64,000 bases of DNA from an uncultured Candidatus Saccharibacteria bacterium (GCA_964586065.1 CAZPFW010000001.1:28086-92085), one strand, 5' to 3'. Positions 18,423 through 29,245 are shown, numbered from the stretch's first letter. Notes: generated by a model not told the origin, from the letters alone. Numbers and translations: made by a program.

Positions 18423-19012
18423 CTTTTTGAGTTAATTAACTTGAAGTATTCTCTTTGAGCTTTAAAGATTATCTCTTTCGTTTCATATGGTTCAGATATC
18501 TCTTTAAAAATAAATTTCTGAAATTTACCCGCCGTTTCGATTTGTAAATCTCCATACTTGAAAATGGTCGGTATAAATCCTTTTATATCGACAGTTATGT
18601 CTTGTATCTTTACATGGGAAATACTGGATATGGATCTATTGAATATTGAATTAAGCTCAACGTGAATTGTCCTTTGATTGGTGATAATCCAATAGTCGAG
18701 ATAGTGAATTGTTAGAAAAACAAAAGTTACCTGCCAAAGTAGAATAAGGAGCAGGGATATTCCAAACAATATTGTCAAGAAAAAATCTTCCGGTAAAAAT
18801 TCATTTAAATCTCTCGAAATTGATAGAAAAGGAATTGTTATTGCGATCAGAAACACAAGGAGAAATGAGATAAGATAAGGAGTAATCTTCAAAAAGAGAG
18901 CAATCGGATGTCTTCTCTTTATTTTTAATGCCGATTCCCCTTCTCTTAATATATTCATATGGTAAAAAGTAAAATAATAAAGGAGGCGGTTATGAGAAAT
19001 AACGACCCCCAC
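18419..19012 (-). CDS. membrane protein with a bacterial PH domain (YdbS/YdbT-like, DUF304)
   Basis: Two TM helices followed by WIITNQRTIHVEL...KYGDLQIETAG, a bPH_2-like sequence. The true start is probably the internal Met (MNILRE). Confidence 0.55.
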   Translation of the reverse strand: MGVVISHNRLLYYFTFYHMNILREGESALKIKRRHPIALFLKITPYLISFLLVFLIAITIPFLSISRDLNEFLPEDFFLTILFGISLLLILLWQVTFVFLTIHYLDYWIITNQRTIHVELNSIFNRSISSISHVKIQDITVDIKGFIPTIFKYGDLQIETAGKFQKFIFKEISEPYETKEIIFKAQREYFKLINSKR

Positions 19013-19221
19013 TTATAAATCAAAAGAAATTTTCTTGATCTCTTGTCCGGAAGATCAAATTTTTTAAAATGATAAAAGAGAATCCAACTCACACTCAGGG
19101 AGATTAGAATTATAAGAAAATAAGCAACAATAAAAACAGTGTTCATAAGATCAATCTTATTATAATAACAAAAAAAAACAAGGAGAATCAGATCTCCTTG
19201 TTTTTCAAGAGAGGCAATAAA

Positions 19222-19473
19222 TTATTCTGCCTCAATCCCTTCCACGGTCTCTCCGGAATCTTCAATATCCACCTCGTTGACATCGGACTCTTCGAGGTTT
19301 ACTTCTTCAAACTGAGGTCCAAAATCTATATCAAACTCTGGTTCAGTAATCATCTCCTCTTCATCGATAATTTCCGGGGTTTCAATTTCTTGGTTGTTTC
19401 TAGTTGCAAAAATCAAAATCAGCGCAAGAACAACAACAACTACAAGAATTATAATGATAGACTTTTTTGACAT
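19222..19473 (-). CDS. small single-pass membrane protein with a long acidic tail
   Basis: N-terminal TM helix (IIIILVVVVVLALILIF) followed by an E/D-rich C-terminus. Confidence 0.35.
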   Translation of the reverse strand: MSKKSIIIILVVVVVLALILIFATRNNQEIETPEIIDEEEMITEPEFDIDFGPQFEEVNLEESDVNEVDIEDSGETVEGIEAE

Positions 19474-19515
19474 TTCTCAATCATTTTAAGGTTATCTTTT
19501 AAAATCATCGACCTT

Positions 19516-19785
19516 TTATCGAATTTCGGAATTTAATCTAATAATTTCTCTTTCTACATCCTTTATCGTCTTCTCTATCTCTTCTTCACTCATAAGACTA
19601 ATTTCGTCTCTTATCTTCTGGATGTCAATTGATGAATTATCAAGAACTTCATCTATTTCTCGAGAAAAAGCCTGAGTTTTAATTGAATGAAAAGTAACTA
19701 TAATCACCCCGGAAACAAGAACAAAAACAGCTATTAAGACAGCTCTTATAAAGTCTCTGTTTTTCATATTAGACAATTTTATCAT
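19516..19785 (-). CDS. small membrane-anchored hypothetical protein
   Basis: One TM helix and a charged C-terminus. Confidence 0.3.
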   Translation of the reverse strand: MIKLSNMKNRDFIRAVLIAVFVLVSGVIIVTFHSIKTQAFSREIDEVLDNSSIDIQKIRDEISLMSEEEIEKTIKDVEREIIRLNSEIR

Positions 19786-19808
19786 TAAACAATTGATTTG
19801 TGAAGAGT

Positions 19809-20474
19809 TTAAGGAATAAATATAACTCTGTTGTCATCAGCGTGATATCGATAATCGGTTTCGTTTGAGATAAGATTGATAATGTATCCATTGGTAAGTT
19901 TTTGATTATAATTCTCACCGGGAGCGGAAGTTCCTAGGGTAGAATCAGAGAAGACGACCGATTCAATATCACCAAACTTTATTTCAGAAACATCAATTTT
20001 CAATCTCTCTGCAAGATCTTTTTTTGCAGCCAATACTGGAGCGATTTCATTCTCCTTAATCATATCCGTTTCTTGATCAACTTCGAGCTCGGACTCAAAC
20101 TCGACTTCAACCAAAGGACATCTGATTTCCGCCACCTTTTTAGGGCCTTCACCTTCAAGTCTAAGCATGATTGGGTCTTTTAAATAATTCATTTTCACGC
20201 TTATCATATCTCCTTCTTGAGTGATTTTTTCAACAAAAGCGTCTTCGGGGACGACCTCCGAACAAAGAATTGAGGCGGAGTCTATCGTCGCCGCAAGAGA
20301 TTCTGTGAAGATGTCTTCTTCTATCTCGCCCCCTTGAAGATACTCTTTATAAAAGCTTGTTATACTTGCCACTTCCAAATCTCTTTTCTGGATAAGATAG
20401 ACTGTTAAGACCACCGCCATGATAAGAGTCATTACTATAAGAAAGTGTTTTATTGCAAATCCGTCTTTTCTCAT
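19809..20474 (-). CDS. membrane-anchored hypothetical protein
   Basis: N-terminal TM helix; no known domain. Confidence 0.35.
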   Translation of the reverse strand: MRKDGFAIKHFLIVMTLIMAVVLTVYLIQKRDLEVASITSFYKEYLQGGEIEEDIFTESLAATIDSASILCSEVVPEDAFVEKITQEGDMISVKMNYLKDPIMLRLEGEGPKKVAEIRCPLVEVEFESELEVDQETDMIKENEIAPVLAAKKDLAERLKIDVSEIKFGDIESVVFSDSTLGTSAPGENYNQKLTNGYIINLISNETDYRYHADDNRVIFIP

Positions 20475-20513
20475 AAAACAGATTCTACCTTATTTTCAAG
20501 TTTTTTCAAGGAA

Positions 20514-23270
20514 TTACTTCGCATACTCGCAAATTCGCCTAAAATCACAATAACGACAATGCCAACCGGGAATCGGGTTGAATTTTCCTAAATTAATCTC
20601 TTCCGCTTTTCGAAAAATCCTTTCAAGAGCCTCTTCCTTCCTCTTCTGATCAGCCGTGAAAGATATTTTTTCTCCCTCTTCCATGAAGTTGAAAGTTAAT
20701 TTATTTACTTTCAAACCGAAAGCCCTTTCAGTTGCGATTTGATAGATAACCAATTGGTCTTTCTCCATTGATGAGATTCTCTTTTTAAATTTTCCGGTTT
20801 TAAAATCTATAATCTCAACTCCGTCACTTAAATTATGAATGGAATCAATCTTCCCTTTAATCCAATAATCATCAAGTTTTACCCTGAATGATTGCTCTAA
20901 TGCGGGTTTATCTTTAATTATTGTTATCGGAGGCGGATTCTTCTTATACTCATTATAAACTCTTTTTATTATCTTTTCACCGATGAGATATTTTTCTTTT
21001 TTACTCTCTTGAGAACCGTACCAATCGTCGGGCCAACAAGATTTGTATAGAGATAGCGTTTCGCTCATTGTTATTTTTCGATCAATTCGCGCTTTAGAGA
21101 ACTCGTAAATCGCTTTATGCATCAATTTTCCAAATATTTGAGAAGGCTTATCTCTTGATGGGATCATTAAAACATGGGTGAAAAAGTATTGATGAGGACA
21201 TCTCGTATAGGCGGCTATCTTGGTAAAAGAGATATCTTTTATTTTTCCATAACTCAATTGACTCTTTTTTTCGTTCTTCTTGTATTTTTCGTCCTTTAAA
21301 ATAGGTTCTTTTTCAAAAAACCCGAGCTCTATCAAAAAACGAGAAATTCTTCTCTTTCGAGCTCCTCCATAATCATCGGCCGAAGTGAAAGTTATTCCAT
21401 CTTTTGCTCTAGTCATCGCCACATAGAAAAGCCTTCTTTCTTCTTTAAGATGATCTTCTTTTGTCTTTTCAACATTAAGAGGAAGATCGATTGGATCGGG
21501 TTTTGCGTCAGCGGGAAACCTTCTGTCAACCATATTTGCAATAATCACATGACTGAATTCCAGTCCCTTGGCGGTATGAATTGTCATAATCTTTACAGAA
21601 TTTTCTTCTTCAAAATCTGAAGCTATTGATCCTGATTCTCCGGAGTCCAACTCGAAATTAATTTCTTCCATAAAGCCCTTCAGTCTGTTAGAAGGATTTG
21701 ATTCTTCAAACTGCTTAATTCTGTCAAAGAATTGATTTAAATAGATGAAATCTTCAATTCCATTGGTCTTGTTTAATTGATTTAAAAGTCCTGACTCATT
21801 AAGAAAAGATGTATAGATCTCTGAAACGGAATTATGTATTGATAGAAGAGAATCTCTCTCAACCATCTCCACTATTTTTTTGATTTTTGATACAGATTCT
21901 TTGGATAAATCTGATACTGAATCCACCTGAACCAATGTCGCATAGATCGATTGTGATTTTTTGTAAGAGTACTCGGTTAATTTCACAATCTCATCCGGTT
22001 TCAGTAAAAAGAAACTTAAAACTCTGTAAACAGCAGAAGCTTCGTGATAATTATCCAATAATCTGAAATAAGCTAAAATATCCAGTATTATCGATTTCAG
22101 ATAGAGTCCTTTCATAGATAGGAATCTGCAAGGAATTCCTCTTCTTTCACAATCTGTTGTTATCTTTTGGGCGTCGTTATTGGTTCTTGTCAATACAGCA
22201 ATATCTTTGAAATCATATATTTTGTTAATTTCAATTATCTTTTCGCTGATGCCCCTTAATTCCATATCCAACGATTTAAAGTGTAAATGTTCTATATCAC
22301 CTTTTCCTTTTCTCGTTGATTTCAACGGTTCCGCTTTATCATTATCAACTGTTATAAATTTATGAGACAAATCCAGAATATTTTGAAAAGAGCGATAATT
22401 TTTCGAAAGATTAATCGTTTCAACTTTGAGATGATTTTTCTTAAAAAGATCCAGATTATTGGACGAGGCTCCGCGCCATCGATAAATAGATTGATTACCA
22501 TCAAGACAGATGACGATGTTTTTTCTTTTCTTGGCTATCTGATTGACTATTTCGTATTGAATTCTATTAGTATCTTGAAATTCATCTATAGTAATGTATT
22601 TGAAGTTTCTTTGTAACCTTTTAAGAATGAGGGGTCTTTCTTTAAAAAGTTTGAGCGTATAGATAAGAAGATCTCCAAAGTCAAGGGAATTATTATCCAA
22701 AAGGATTTTTTGATAAGTTTGATAAGCTAAAGCAATCTCTTTAACTCTTTCTTGGTCAGGTCCTTTTTTCTTGGAAAGATTAAGATAATTTTCCACTGAA
22801 ATCATCTCGTCTTTACATCGAGAAAAATGAGTTAAGAGAGTATTGATGAATCTATGAGGACCTCCAATCGGCTTATAATAAGAAAAATTAAACTGATCAA
22901 ACTCTTTGGCCATTAAAACTTTAGAACTGATATCATCGATCAATCTGAAATCAACAGGGAGCCCTATATCAACGGAATAATTTCTTAATATTCTTTCGCA
23001 AAATGAGTGAAACGTTAATATCCAAAAATCAGAATAAGCATACGATTCAGGCAAAGCTTGCTCCACTCTGTCATGCATCTCCGAAGCCGCCTTATCCGTA
23101 AAAGTAAGGGCCAATATCTCATCGGGAAGCGCTTTTTGCAAAGAGATCAATTGTGCGATTCGATAAGTTATTACAGCGGTTTTTCCGGTTCCGGCCCCCG
23201 CTTTAATAATAAGAGGTCCATCTTGATGCAAAACTGCTTGTTGTTGCTCTTTATTAAGCTTTAGATTCAT
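20514..23270 (-). CDS. UvrD/PcrA-family SF1 helicase fused to a C-terminal Cas4-like PD-(D/E)XK 4-Cys nuclease (AddA-like)
   Basis: N-terminal LNKEQQQAV...KAGAGTGKT Walker A and UvrD helicase motifs. C-terminal AAYTRCPHQYFF, IIDFKTGKFK and WHCRYCDFRRIC. Confidence 0.8.
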   Translation of the reverse strand: MNLKLNKEQQQAVLHQDGPLIIKAGAGTGKTAVITYRIAQLISLQKALPDEILALTFTDKAASEMHDRVEQALPESYAYSDFWILTFHSFCERILRNYSVDIGLPVDFRLIDDISSKVLMAKEFDQFNFSYYKPIGGPHRFINTLLTHFSRCKDEMISVENYLNLSKKKGPDQERVKEIALAYQTYQKILLDNNSLDFGDLLIYTLKLFKERPLILKRLQRNFKYITIDEFQDTNRIQYEIVNQIAKKRKNIVICLDGNQSIYRWRGASSNNLDLFKKNHLKVETINLSKNYRSFQNILDLSHKFITVDNDKAEPLKSTRKGKGDIEHLHFKSLDMELRGISEKIIEINKIYDFKDIAVLTRTNNDAQKITTDCERRGIPCRFLSMKGLYLKSIILDILAYFRLLDNYHEASAVYRVLSFFLLKPDEIVKLTEYSYKKSQSIYATLVQVDSVSDLSKESVSKIKKIVEMVERDSLLSIHNSVSEIYTSFLNESGLLNQLNKTNGIEDFIYLNQFFDRIKQFEESNPSNRLKGFMEEINFELDSGESGSIASDFEEENSVKIMTIHTAKGLEFSHVIIANMVDRRFPADAKPDPIDLPLNVEKTKEDHLKEERRLFYVAMTRAKDGITFTSADDYGGARKRRISRFLIELGFFEKEPILKDEKYKKNEKKSQLSYGKIKDISFTKIAAYTRCPHQYFFTHVLMIPSRDKPSQIFGKLMHKAIYEFSKARIDRKITMSETLSLYKSCWPDDWYGSQESKKEKYLIGEKIIKRVYNEYKKNPPPITIIKDKPALEQSFRVKLDDYWIKGKIDSIHNLSDGVEIIDFKTGKFKKRISSMEKDQLVIYQIATERAFGLKVNKLTFNFMEEGEKISFTADQKRKEEALERIFRKAEEINLGKFNPIPGWHCRYCDFRRICEYAK

Positions 23271-24237
23271 CTTCGCTCTTTTCTCTTAGTATTCGATCAA
23301 GAATATTTCTGATTTTTAACAATGAATCATCGTCAATAATCGATACAGCAAAAGACTCGGGAAATTTTTCTTTTATATTAAACATCTTTTCCTCCAATTC
23401 TTTCTTATCTGACAGATCTGATTTGGTAATCATTATGAATTCGGGTTTAGAAGTTAATCCTTTTCCGTAGAGATCTAACTCTTCTCTTATGAGCTCATAA
23501 TCCTTTAAGAAGTCATCCGATTCTGAAGATATGAGATGAAAAAGAATTTTAGTTCTTTCAATATGGCGCAGGAACTTGATACCCAATCCTTTTCCTCTTG
23601 ATGCCCCGGAGATCAATCCTGGAATATCAGCCAATATCAGCCCGTTATACGCCCCCAAATGAGGTTCCAGTGTAGTGAAGTGATAATTGGCAACTCTACT
23701 CTTGGCCCCGGTCAGTATATTCAAAAGAGACGACTTCCCGGCATTGGGAAGCCCGATCAATCCGACATCGGCGATCAATTTAAGTTCAAACTCAATTTCG
23801 GCTTCAATTCCGGGTATTCCTTCGGTGAATTCTTCCGGACTAGTATTAACCGATGATCGAAATGAAAAATTACCACGACCTCCTTTACCTCCTTCTGCCA
23901 AAACAACCCTTTCACCGATTTTTATCACTTCTTGACTGCTACCGGTAGTAAGATTGAAGACTACCGTCCCAACAGGAATCTTAAGAATTATGTCTTTGCC
24001 AGAATGACCCGCTCTGCAAGAACCTCCACCAATTTTTCCGTTATCCGCTCGAAACTCTTTCTTGTATCTGAACTGCCTCAAAGCTCCGATATCAGAAACT
24101 CCTTCGGCGATGACATCGCCTCCCGATCCCCCATTTCCTCCGGTTGGGCCCAATCTCATCTTCTCTTTGCTAAAAGCGACGATTCCATCTCCGCCCTTAC
24201 CACCCGATACTTTTATCTTTATCTTATCTATCAACAT
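23254..24237 (-). CDS. obg: GTPase Obg
   Basis: N-terminal glycine-rich Obg fold (GGKGGDG, GGNGGSGG) and a G domain (GLPNAGKSSLLN). Confidence 0.9.
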   Translation of the reverse strand: MLIDKIKIKVSGGKGGDGIVAFSKEKMRLGPTGGNGGSGGDVIAEGVSDIGALRQFRYKKEFRADNGKIGGGSCRAGHSGKDIILKIPVGTVVFNLTTGSSQEVIKIGERVVLAEGGKGGRGNFSFRSSVNTSPEEFTEGIPGIEAEIEFELKLIADVGLIGLPNAGKSSLLNILTGAKSRVANYHFTTLEPHLGAYNGLILADIPGLISGASRGKGLGIKFLRHIERTKILFHLISSESDDFLKDYELIREELDLYGKGLTSKPEFIMITKSDLSDKKELEEKMFNIKEKFPESFAVSIIDDDSLLKIRNILDRILREKSEDESKA

Positions 24238-24451
24238 CTATCATCTCTTCTGAATCTTTTTCGATATCTTCTTTTATCTCCTCAAACTCATTCTCAATCT
24301 CCTTAAGCCTCTTCCTGCTCTTCTTTATGATTTCAGCAGCTTCTTTGACTTTTCTCAGACTCTCCTCTATATCAAGATCCTCTCTCTCTTCAAACCAATT
24401 TGTTATATCGGATAATTTCTTTAAATTATCGCTAAGATTTTCTTTACTCAT
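24224..24451 (-). CDS. xseB: exodeoxyribonuclease VII small subunit
   Basis: 75-aa helical protein with an XseB-like FEE...LDIEESL pattern, lying immediately downstream of xseA. Confidence 0.6.
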   Translation of the reverse strand: MSKENLSDNLKKLSDITNWFEEREDLDIEESLRKVKEAAEIIKKSRKRLKEIENEFEEIKEDIEKDSEEMIDVDR

Positions 24452-25811
24452 TTTTTATTATTTTCTTAATAATTGATTCCATTGAACCATCACAAACTTT
24501 AAGTTCTAATAAGTCGTCTTTTTTAAAACCCTTTACTGTTTTTACAATCTTTTTGTTTGAAAAAATCATACTGTATCCCAAACTAAGTTGTTTTTCCGGA
24601 TCATTGTTTAAAACTCTTTTCTCAAGATTATCGATTTGATTAGACAAATCCTTCCTCAAAAAATGAAACCTGTTCTTTAAATCATCCCATCTTAATAACA
24701 AACTCTTCTCTTGAATGTCAATTCTGTCTTTTAAATCTTTAATCAAAAATAAACCGGATTTAGATAATTCCTTCTTCTTATCCGATATGGAAAATCCCAT
24801 TCTTAGTATCTCTTTATTGATCTTTGTAATACCGGCTTGATATTTTTTTAAAATCAAATCAAGAGTACTTGTTGCTGTTTCAAGGGTGTCGTTGAGTTTC
24901 TCTTTAATCAAGAAAAGAGTTGATTCAAATCCTTTCATTATTATCACTTCACCAATATTGATTTTATCTATCGCTTTTTCCCAAGAAGTATTGATTAATT
25001 GAGCAGTTGCGGTTGGTGTTGATTCTGAAGCGTCTGCCGCTAAAGAGACTAATGTGACATCTTTATGATGTCCGATCCCTGCAATTACGGGCACGGGAAA
25101 GGAGGCCACTTCTCTGACTAAAGTTTCATTATCAAAAGCCATTAAAGATTCCAACGATCCACCTCCTCTTATTATCACAAGAACATCTATTTTCTCTTTT
25201 TTAAAAAGATTAATCGCCCTAAGAAGTTTTTCAACCGCCTCTTGCCCCTCAACTCTCGAATCGATCGCCTTTATCTTGAAGCCGAACTTTCCAAGATTGC
25301 TTGTAAAATCATGTATCACCGTTCCGCTGCGCAAAGATGTTATAACTCCGATTCTTTGAGGATATTCCGGAATTTCACGTTTTTTATCCAAATCAAAGAT
25401 ACCTTCCTTTGAAAGTTTCTCTTTCAGCTCATCATAAGCTTTTTTTAAAGCTCCTTCTCCGACCAACTCAACTGTCTCTGCTTTAAAACTGAGCTGACCA
25501 CTTACCGGATAGATATCAACTGACCCAAAAAGAATCACCTCAATTCCATTTTTGAGATCAACTCCGCAGATCTGATAATTATATTTCCAAATAACACAAC
25601 GAAGAGTATTACCATTTCTTTTATCTCTTAAAGAGAACCAATAATGTCCATTGGCGTCTCTTTTTAGATCGGAAACTTCACCGATCAATCGAGCTCTTAT
25701 TCTTCTCAAAACTTCATTGGTGAATTCTATGAATTGAGAAACCTCAAGCGGAGTTTCAGACCCCAACCTATATCTTTTTGTGAAATCCATTATCTTTAAA
25801 TTATCATTCAT
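24444..25811 (-). CDS. xseA: exodeoxyribonuclease VII large subunit
   Basis: N-terminal OB fold (ISQFIEF...VSGEVSD...YFSLRDK) and length about 455 aa. Confidence 0.8.
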   Translation of the reverse strand: MNDNLKIMDFTKRYRLGSETPLEVSQFIEFTNEVLRRIRARLIGEVSDLKRDANGHYWFSLRDKRNGNTLRCVIWKYNYQICGVDLKNGIEVILFGSVDIYPVSGQLSFKAETVELVGEGALKKAYDELKEKLSKEGIFDLDKKREIPEYPQRIGVITSLRSGTVIHDFTSNLGKFGFKIKAIDSRVEGQEAVEKLLRAINLFKKEKIDVLVIIRGGGSLESLMAFDNETLVREVASFPVPVIAGIGHHKDVTLVSLAADASESTPTATAQLINTSWEKAIDKINIGEVIIMKGFESTLFLIKEKLNDTLETATSTLDLILKKYQAGITKINKEILRMGFSISDKKKELSKSGLFLIKDLKDRIDIQEKSLLLRWDDLKNRFHFLRKDLSNQIDNLEKRVLNNDPEKQLSLGYSMIFSNKKIVKTVKGFKKDDLLELKVCDGSMESIIKKIIKNE

Positions 25812-27009
25812 ACCTTAAAGCATCAACTGGTTCCATCTTTGCAGCTCCCCGTGCTGGGAAATACCCCGAAAGGCAACCGATTAAAAATGAGAACAGTAAC
25901 CCAAAAAATATCAATGAAAACGAGATGTGAGCTTCAAGGTAGTTGTAATCGCCACGATTTAATATCAACTCGACTATTTTAGAAAAACCGATCCCGGAAA
26001 TCACTCCTCCGATCCCCCCTATAATACCTATGATTCCAGACTCGAATAAAAAGATTAGATTGATATGGTTTCTTTTGGCCCCGATAGCCTTCAGAATTCC
26101 GATCTCCTTGGTTCTCTCTTTTACAGAAGTGAACATCGTATTCATAATTCCAATTCCGCCGACGATTATTGCAATACTGGCAAACAAGAAAATTGCGGCT
26201 TGTAATGTCTTTAATATTCCGTCAACCATATCGGAAACCGTGTCACTGGCTAAAACAGAGAAATTTGCCAAATCCTCCCCAGCTCTCCTTTTCTTTGTTT
26301 CTTCAAGAGAGTTTTTAATGTTTTCCACAACAACTGATGTTTCAAACCCGGAAGAAACTTTCGCCATGGCGACCGGAGCTTCGTCTCTTTGTCCAGTAAT
26401 TTCTCTCAAATTATCAATATCCATAACAATCATCGAATCATCTTGCTTATTCCCCATAGATTTTAAAACGCCACTCACTATAAAGCGTTTACCTTTAATT
26501 GTTAACTCGTCCCCGATTTGTAATCCAGGGAAAATCTCTTTGGGAACGATTTGTCCAACTAAAATTTCTCTCTTTCCTGCCCTTGGAAAAGATCCTTCAG
26601 TTGTGGTCCATCCCATATCTTCTTTGAGTATATCCAATCTGTGATCAAGTTGAGTTCCTGACAAAAAGACCGTTTTGGCTCCAGCCCCATATCTTACAAC
26701 TTCCGCTCCTCTTGATGTTGTTATAACGGAATCAACTCCGCGAGATTTTTCAATGGCGACGATATCAGATCTGGTCAACATACTTCCTCCAACCACGCCC
26801 GTGAAAATGTCTTCACTGGGAACGATGATTATCAGATCTCCTCCCATCATCCTTAATTCTTTTGTTATTGAGTTTTTCAATCCCTCGCTTAAAGAAATGA
26901 GAGCCACGACTAAAAATATCCCAATAACTATTCCCAAGATCGTGAGCCAACTTCTTAACGGTCTTACTCTTAAATTTCTTACCGCCATTTTGAAATATTG
27001 TAAAATCAT
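25804..27009 (-). CDS. ABC transporter permease, FtsX/MacB family
   Basis: N-terminal TM helix, a large extracytoplasmic domain and the C-terminal FtsX 3-TM region. Confidence 0.85.
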   Translation of the reverse strand: MILQYFKMAVRNLRVRPLRSWLTILGIVIGIFLVVALISLSEGLKNSITKELRMMGGDLIIIVPSEDIFTGVVGGSMLTRSDIVAIEKSRGVDSVITTSRGAEVVRYGAGAKTVFLSGTQLDHRLDILKEDMGWTTTEGSFPRAGKREILVGQIVPKEIFPGLQIGDELTIKGKRFIVSGVLKSMGNKQDDSMIVMDIDNLREITGQRDEAPVAMAKVSSGFETSVVVENIKNSLEETKKRRAGEDLANFSVLASDTVSDMVDGILKTLQAAIFLFASIAIIVGGIGIMNTMFTSVKERTKEIGILKAIGAKRNHINLIFLFESGIIGIIGGIGGVISGIGFSKIVELILNRGDYNYLEAHISFSLIFFGLLFSFLIGCLSGYFPARGAAKMEPVDALRYE

Positions 27010-27680
27010 TCTATTTCACCATCTTTTATTCTAATCACTCTATTACCGTAACTGACAAGATTATTGTCATGAGTCACCATTATTACAGTTCTTCCTTTTT
27101 TAAGATTCAATTCTTTCAGAATCTCCATTATCCTCTCTCCTGTTTTTGAGTCCACGTTTCCTGTCGGTTCGTCGGCAACAATAATGTCGGGGTTATTCAT
27201 CAGTGCTCTTGCTATCGCAACCCTTTGACTTTCGCCACCGGAAAGCTCATTTGGTCGATGATTAATCCTTGTACCCAAGCCAAGACTTTCCAAAATGGTT
27301 TTGGCTTTAGCCACAGACTCTTCTTCAGAGACGCCTTGGAAGACAGCCGGGATCATTACGTTCTCAATCGCTGTCAAGTGTGATAAAAGGTTGAATCGTT
27401 GAAAGATAAACCCGATTCGCTTGCCCCTTAATTGGGCTAAACGATCTTCGTCAAGAGATGATATCTTTTCATTTTTAAAAAAGATATCTCCTTCGGTTGG
27501 AGTGTCAAGACAACTAAGAAGGTTAAGTAGTGTTGATTTTCCCGAACCGCTTGGTCCGAGAATTATGACAAAATCTCCTGAAAATATCTCAAGATTTATC
27601 TTTTTTAAAACGTTGAGTTTCAGCTTTCCGAAATTATACTCTTTTGAAACATCGTTTAGTTTTATCAACAATTCGTTCAT
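27006..27680 (-). CDS. ABC transporter ATP-binding protein (MacB/LolD/YknY-like)
   Basis: Walker A GPSGSGKST, signature LSGGESQRVAIARAL and Walker B IIVADEPTGN. Confidence 0.9.
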   Translation of the reverse strand: MNELLIKLNDVSKEYNFGKLKLNVLKKINLEIFSGDFVIILGPSGSGKSTLLNLLSCLDTPTEGDIFFKNEKISSLDEDRLAQLRGKRIGFIFQRFNLLSHLTAIENVMIPAVFQGVSEEESVAKAKTILESLGLGTRINHRPNELSGGESQRVAIARALMNNPDIIVADEPTGNVDSKTGERIMEILKELNLKKGRTVIMVTHDNNLVSYGNRVIRIKDGEIE

Positions 27681-29245
27681 TTAAGTGTAACCAATCTATC
27701 CCCCTCTCTTAATCCCGACAATATTTCAACGTTTCTATCGGTGCTTTTCATTCCAATCTCCACCGAAGTTTTGACAAATCCGTCATCACTGACAAGAAGA
27801 ACTGAATTGTCCTTTATATATGACTCGGGAATAAAAAGAACTGATTCTTTCTTTTTCGTGATAATAGTAACATCTGAAGTCATACCAAACATAACCTCCT
27901 CGGGAAGATTTTCTATACTGATTAATACTTTATAATTGACAATTCCGTCGATCATTTTAGGTGCTTGATCGATAAAAACAACTTCTCCGAAAAAAACTTC
28001 TTTTGGAAAGGCAACGATCTCTATCTCTACAGGATTACCGATTGATACATCAATTATGTCACCCTCGTAAATGAAGACTTCTGCATAATAAGATTGATCC
28101 AACAGGAATGAAACGATCGCTGTTCCCGCCATGACAAATTCATTCGGTTCTGAATTTACTCTGAATAAAGTTCCATCATAAGGCGCCCTTATTTCAGATT
28201 CTTTTAGCATCTCTTGCGCCAAATTAAGATCAAAAGTGGATTGATCGACTCTAATTTGAGCAAGATCAACCAACGACTCAACGGACGACAATTGCTCAAA
28301 GGCTAAATCAAGAGCACCTTCGGCTGTTTTCAAATTTCTTTTAGCCGCCAGAACTTCCGAATCTTTACTTGTTGTTAATGTTTCAATCGATCCGATTAAA
28401 GACACTATTGATGAAAGAGAGAGATTAGTTGATGATTTTTGAGTCAATATCTCGGCAATCTCATTTTGCGCCGATTGATAGCGAACTCTATCTTCCAATA
28501 TCTCTTTTATCAAGTCTAAATTTGAATAAGTTAAATTAAGACTCGCTTCAGTTTCCAAAAGAGTTTCTTTAATCAATTCTTTGTTTTGCTCGTCAATTGA
28601 ACTCCTCTTCTCTTTTACTTTATCCAATGATGACTTTATCTCATCTCTCGCGTTTAAAGCTTTTCGAGCATCCGAAGTGTAGAATTGAGAAAAACAATTT
28701 GAAACGATTTCTGAAACCGTGTCATACGTCAGATCAGTCGACAATATTACTTTATCAATGCTCGAAATCGATTCTTTATAGAGGTTATCCAACCTTTTGT
28801 CGGTCAAATCTTTTGTTGTTTCAAAACCCTCAAACGACAAATCAAAATTAGATTGAGCGTTATTCAAATTAATCTTTGCCTCCTGAAGCTTACCTCCGGA
28901 ATTCATCAATTGATCGTACTCAATTTTCGCCGCTGTCAAAGCGTTTTCAGCTCTCTTAAGATCAATTTTGAGTTTGTCGTTATCCAATGAAGCGATAAGA
29001 TCACCCTTTTTAACCTGATCCCCTTCTTTTGAGAATATTTTGGATATTACTCCCGAAACCCCAAATGATAAATCTATCTCTTCACCTCTTTTTATTGCTC
29101 CAACTTCAAAGATTTCTTTGATCAAATCCCCTCTTCCAACTTCGATCATATCCTCTGTGGATTCATTCTTTTTTACTGCGACTCTATATCCAACTATCAA
29201 TAGTAAAAATATCAGAGACGCGATTATAATGCGTCTTTTTTTCAT
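27677..29245 (-). CDS. HlyD-family periplasmic adaptor / membrane fusion protein (MacA/YknX-like)
   Basis: N-terminal anchor, biotinyl-lipoyl-like hairpin (GVISKIFSKEGDQVKKGDLIASLD) and a long coiled coil. Confidence 0.8.
   Translation of the reverse strand: MKKRRIIIASLIFLLLIVGYRVAVKKNESTEDMIEVGRGDLIKEIFEVGAIKRGEEIDLSFGVSGVISKIFSKEGDQVKKGDLIASLDNDKLKIDLKRAENALTAAKIEYDQLMNSGGKLQEAKINLNNAQSNFDLSFEGFETTKDLTDKRLDNLYKESISSIDKVILSTDLTYDTVSEIVSNCFSQFYTSDARKALNARDEIKSSLDKVKEKRSSIDEQNKELIKETLLETEASLNLTYSNLDLIKEILEDRVRYQSAQNEIAEILTQKSSTNLSLSSIVSLIGSIETLTTSKDSEVLAAKRNLKTAEGALDLAFEQLSSVESLVDLAQIRVDQSTFDLNLAQEMLKESEIRAPYDGTLFRVNSEPNEFVMAGTAIVSFLLDQSYYAEVFIYEGDIIDVSIGNPVEIEIVAFPKEVFFGEVVFIDQAPKMIDGIVNYKVLISIENLPEEVMFGMTSDVTIITKKKESVLFIPESYIKDNSVLLVSDDGFVKTSVEIGMKSTDRNVEILSGLREGDRLVTLK

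Noticed and set aside
26030-26644. 204-aa plus-strand ORF
   Set aside because: It is antisense inside the FtsX permease gene with no motif. Similar antisense ORFs were rejected at 12404..12859 in GT4, 32695..33132 in uvrA, 35022..35405 in uvrB, 23932..24306 in obg and 39802..40122 in the rSAM gene.
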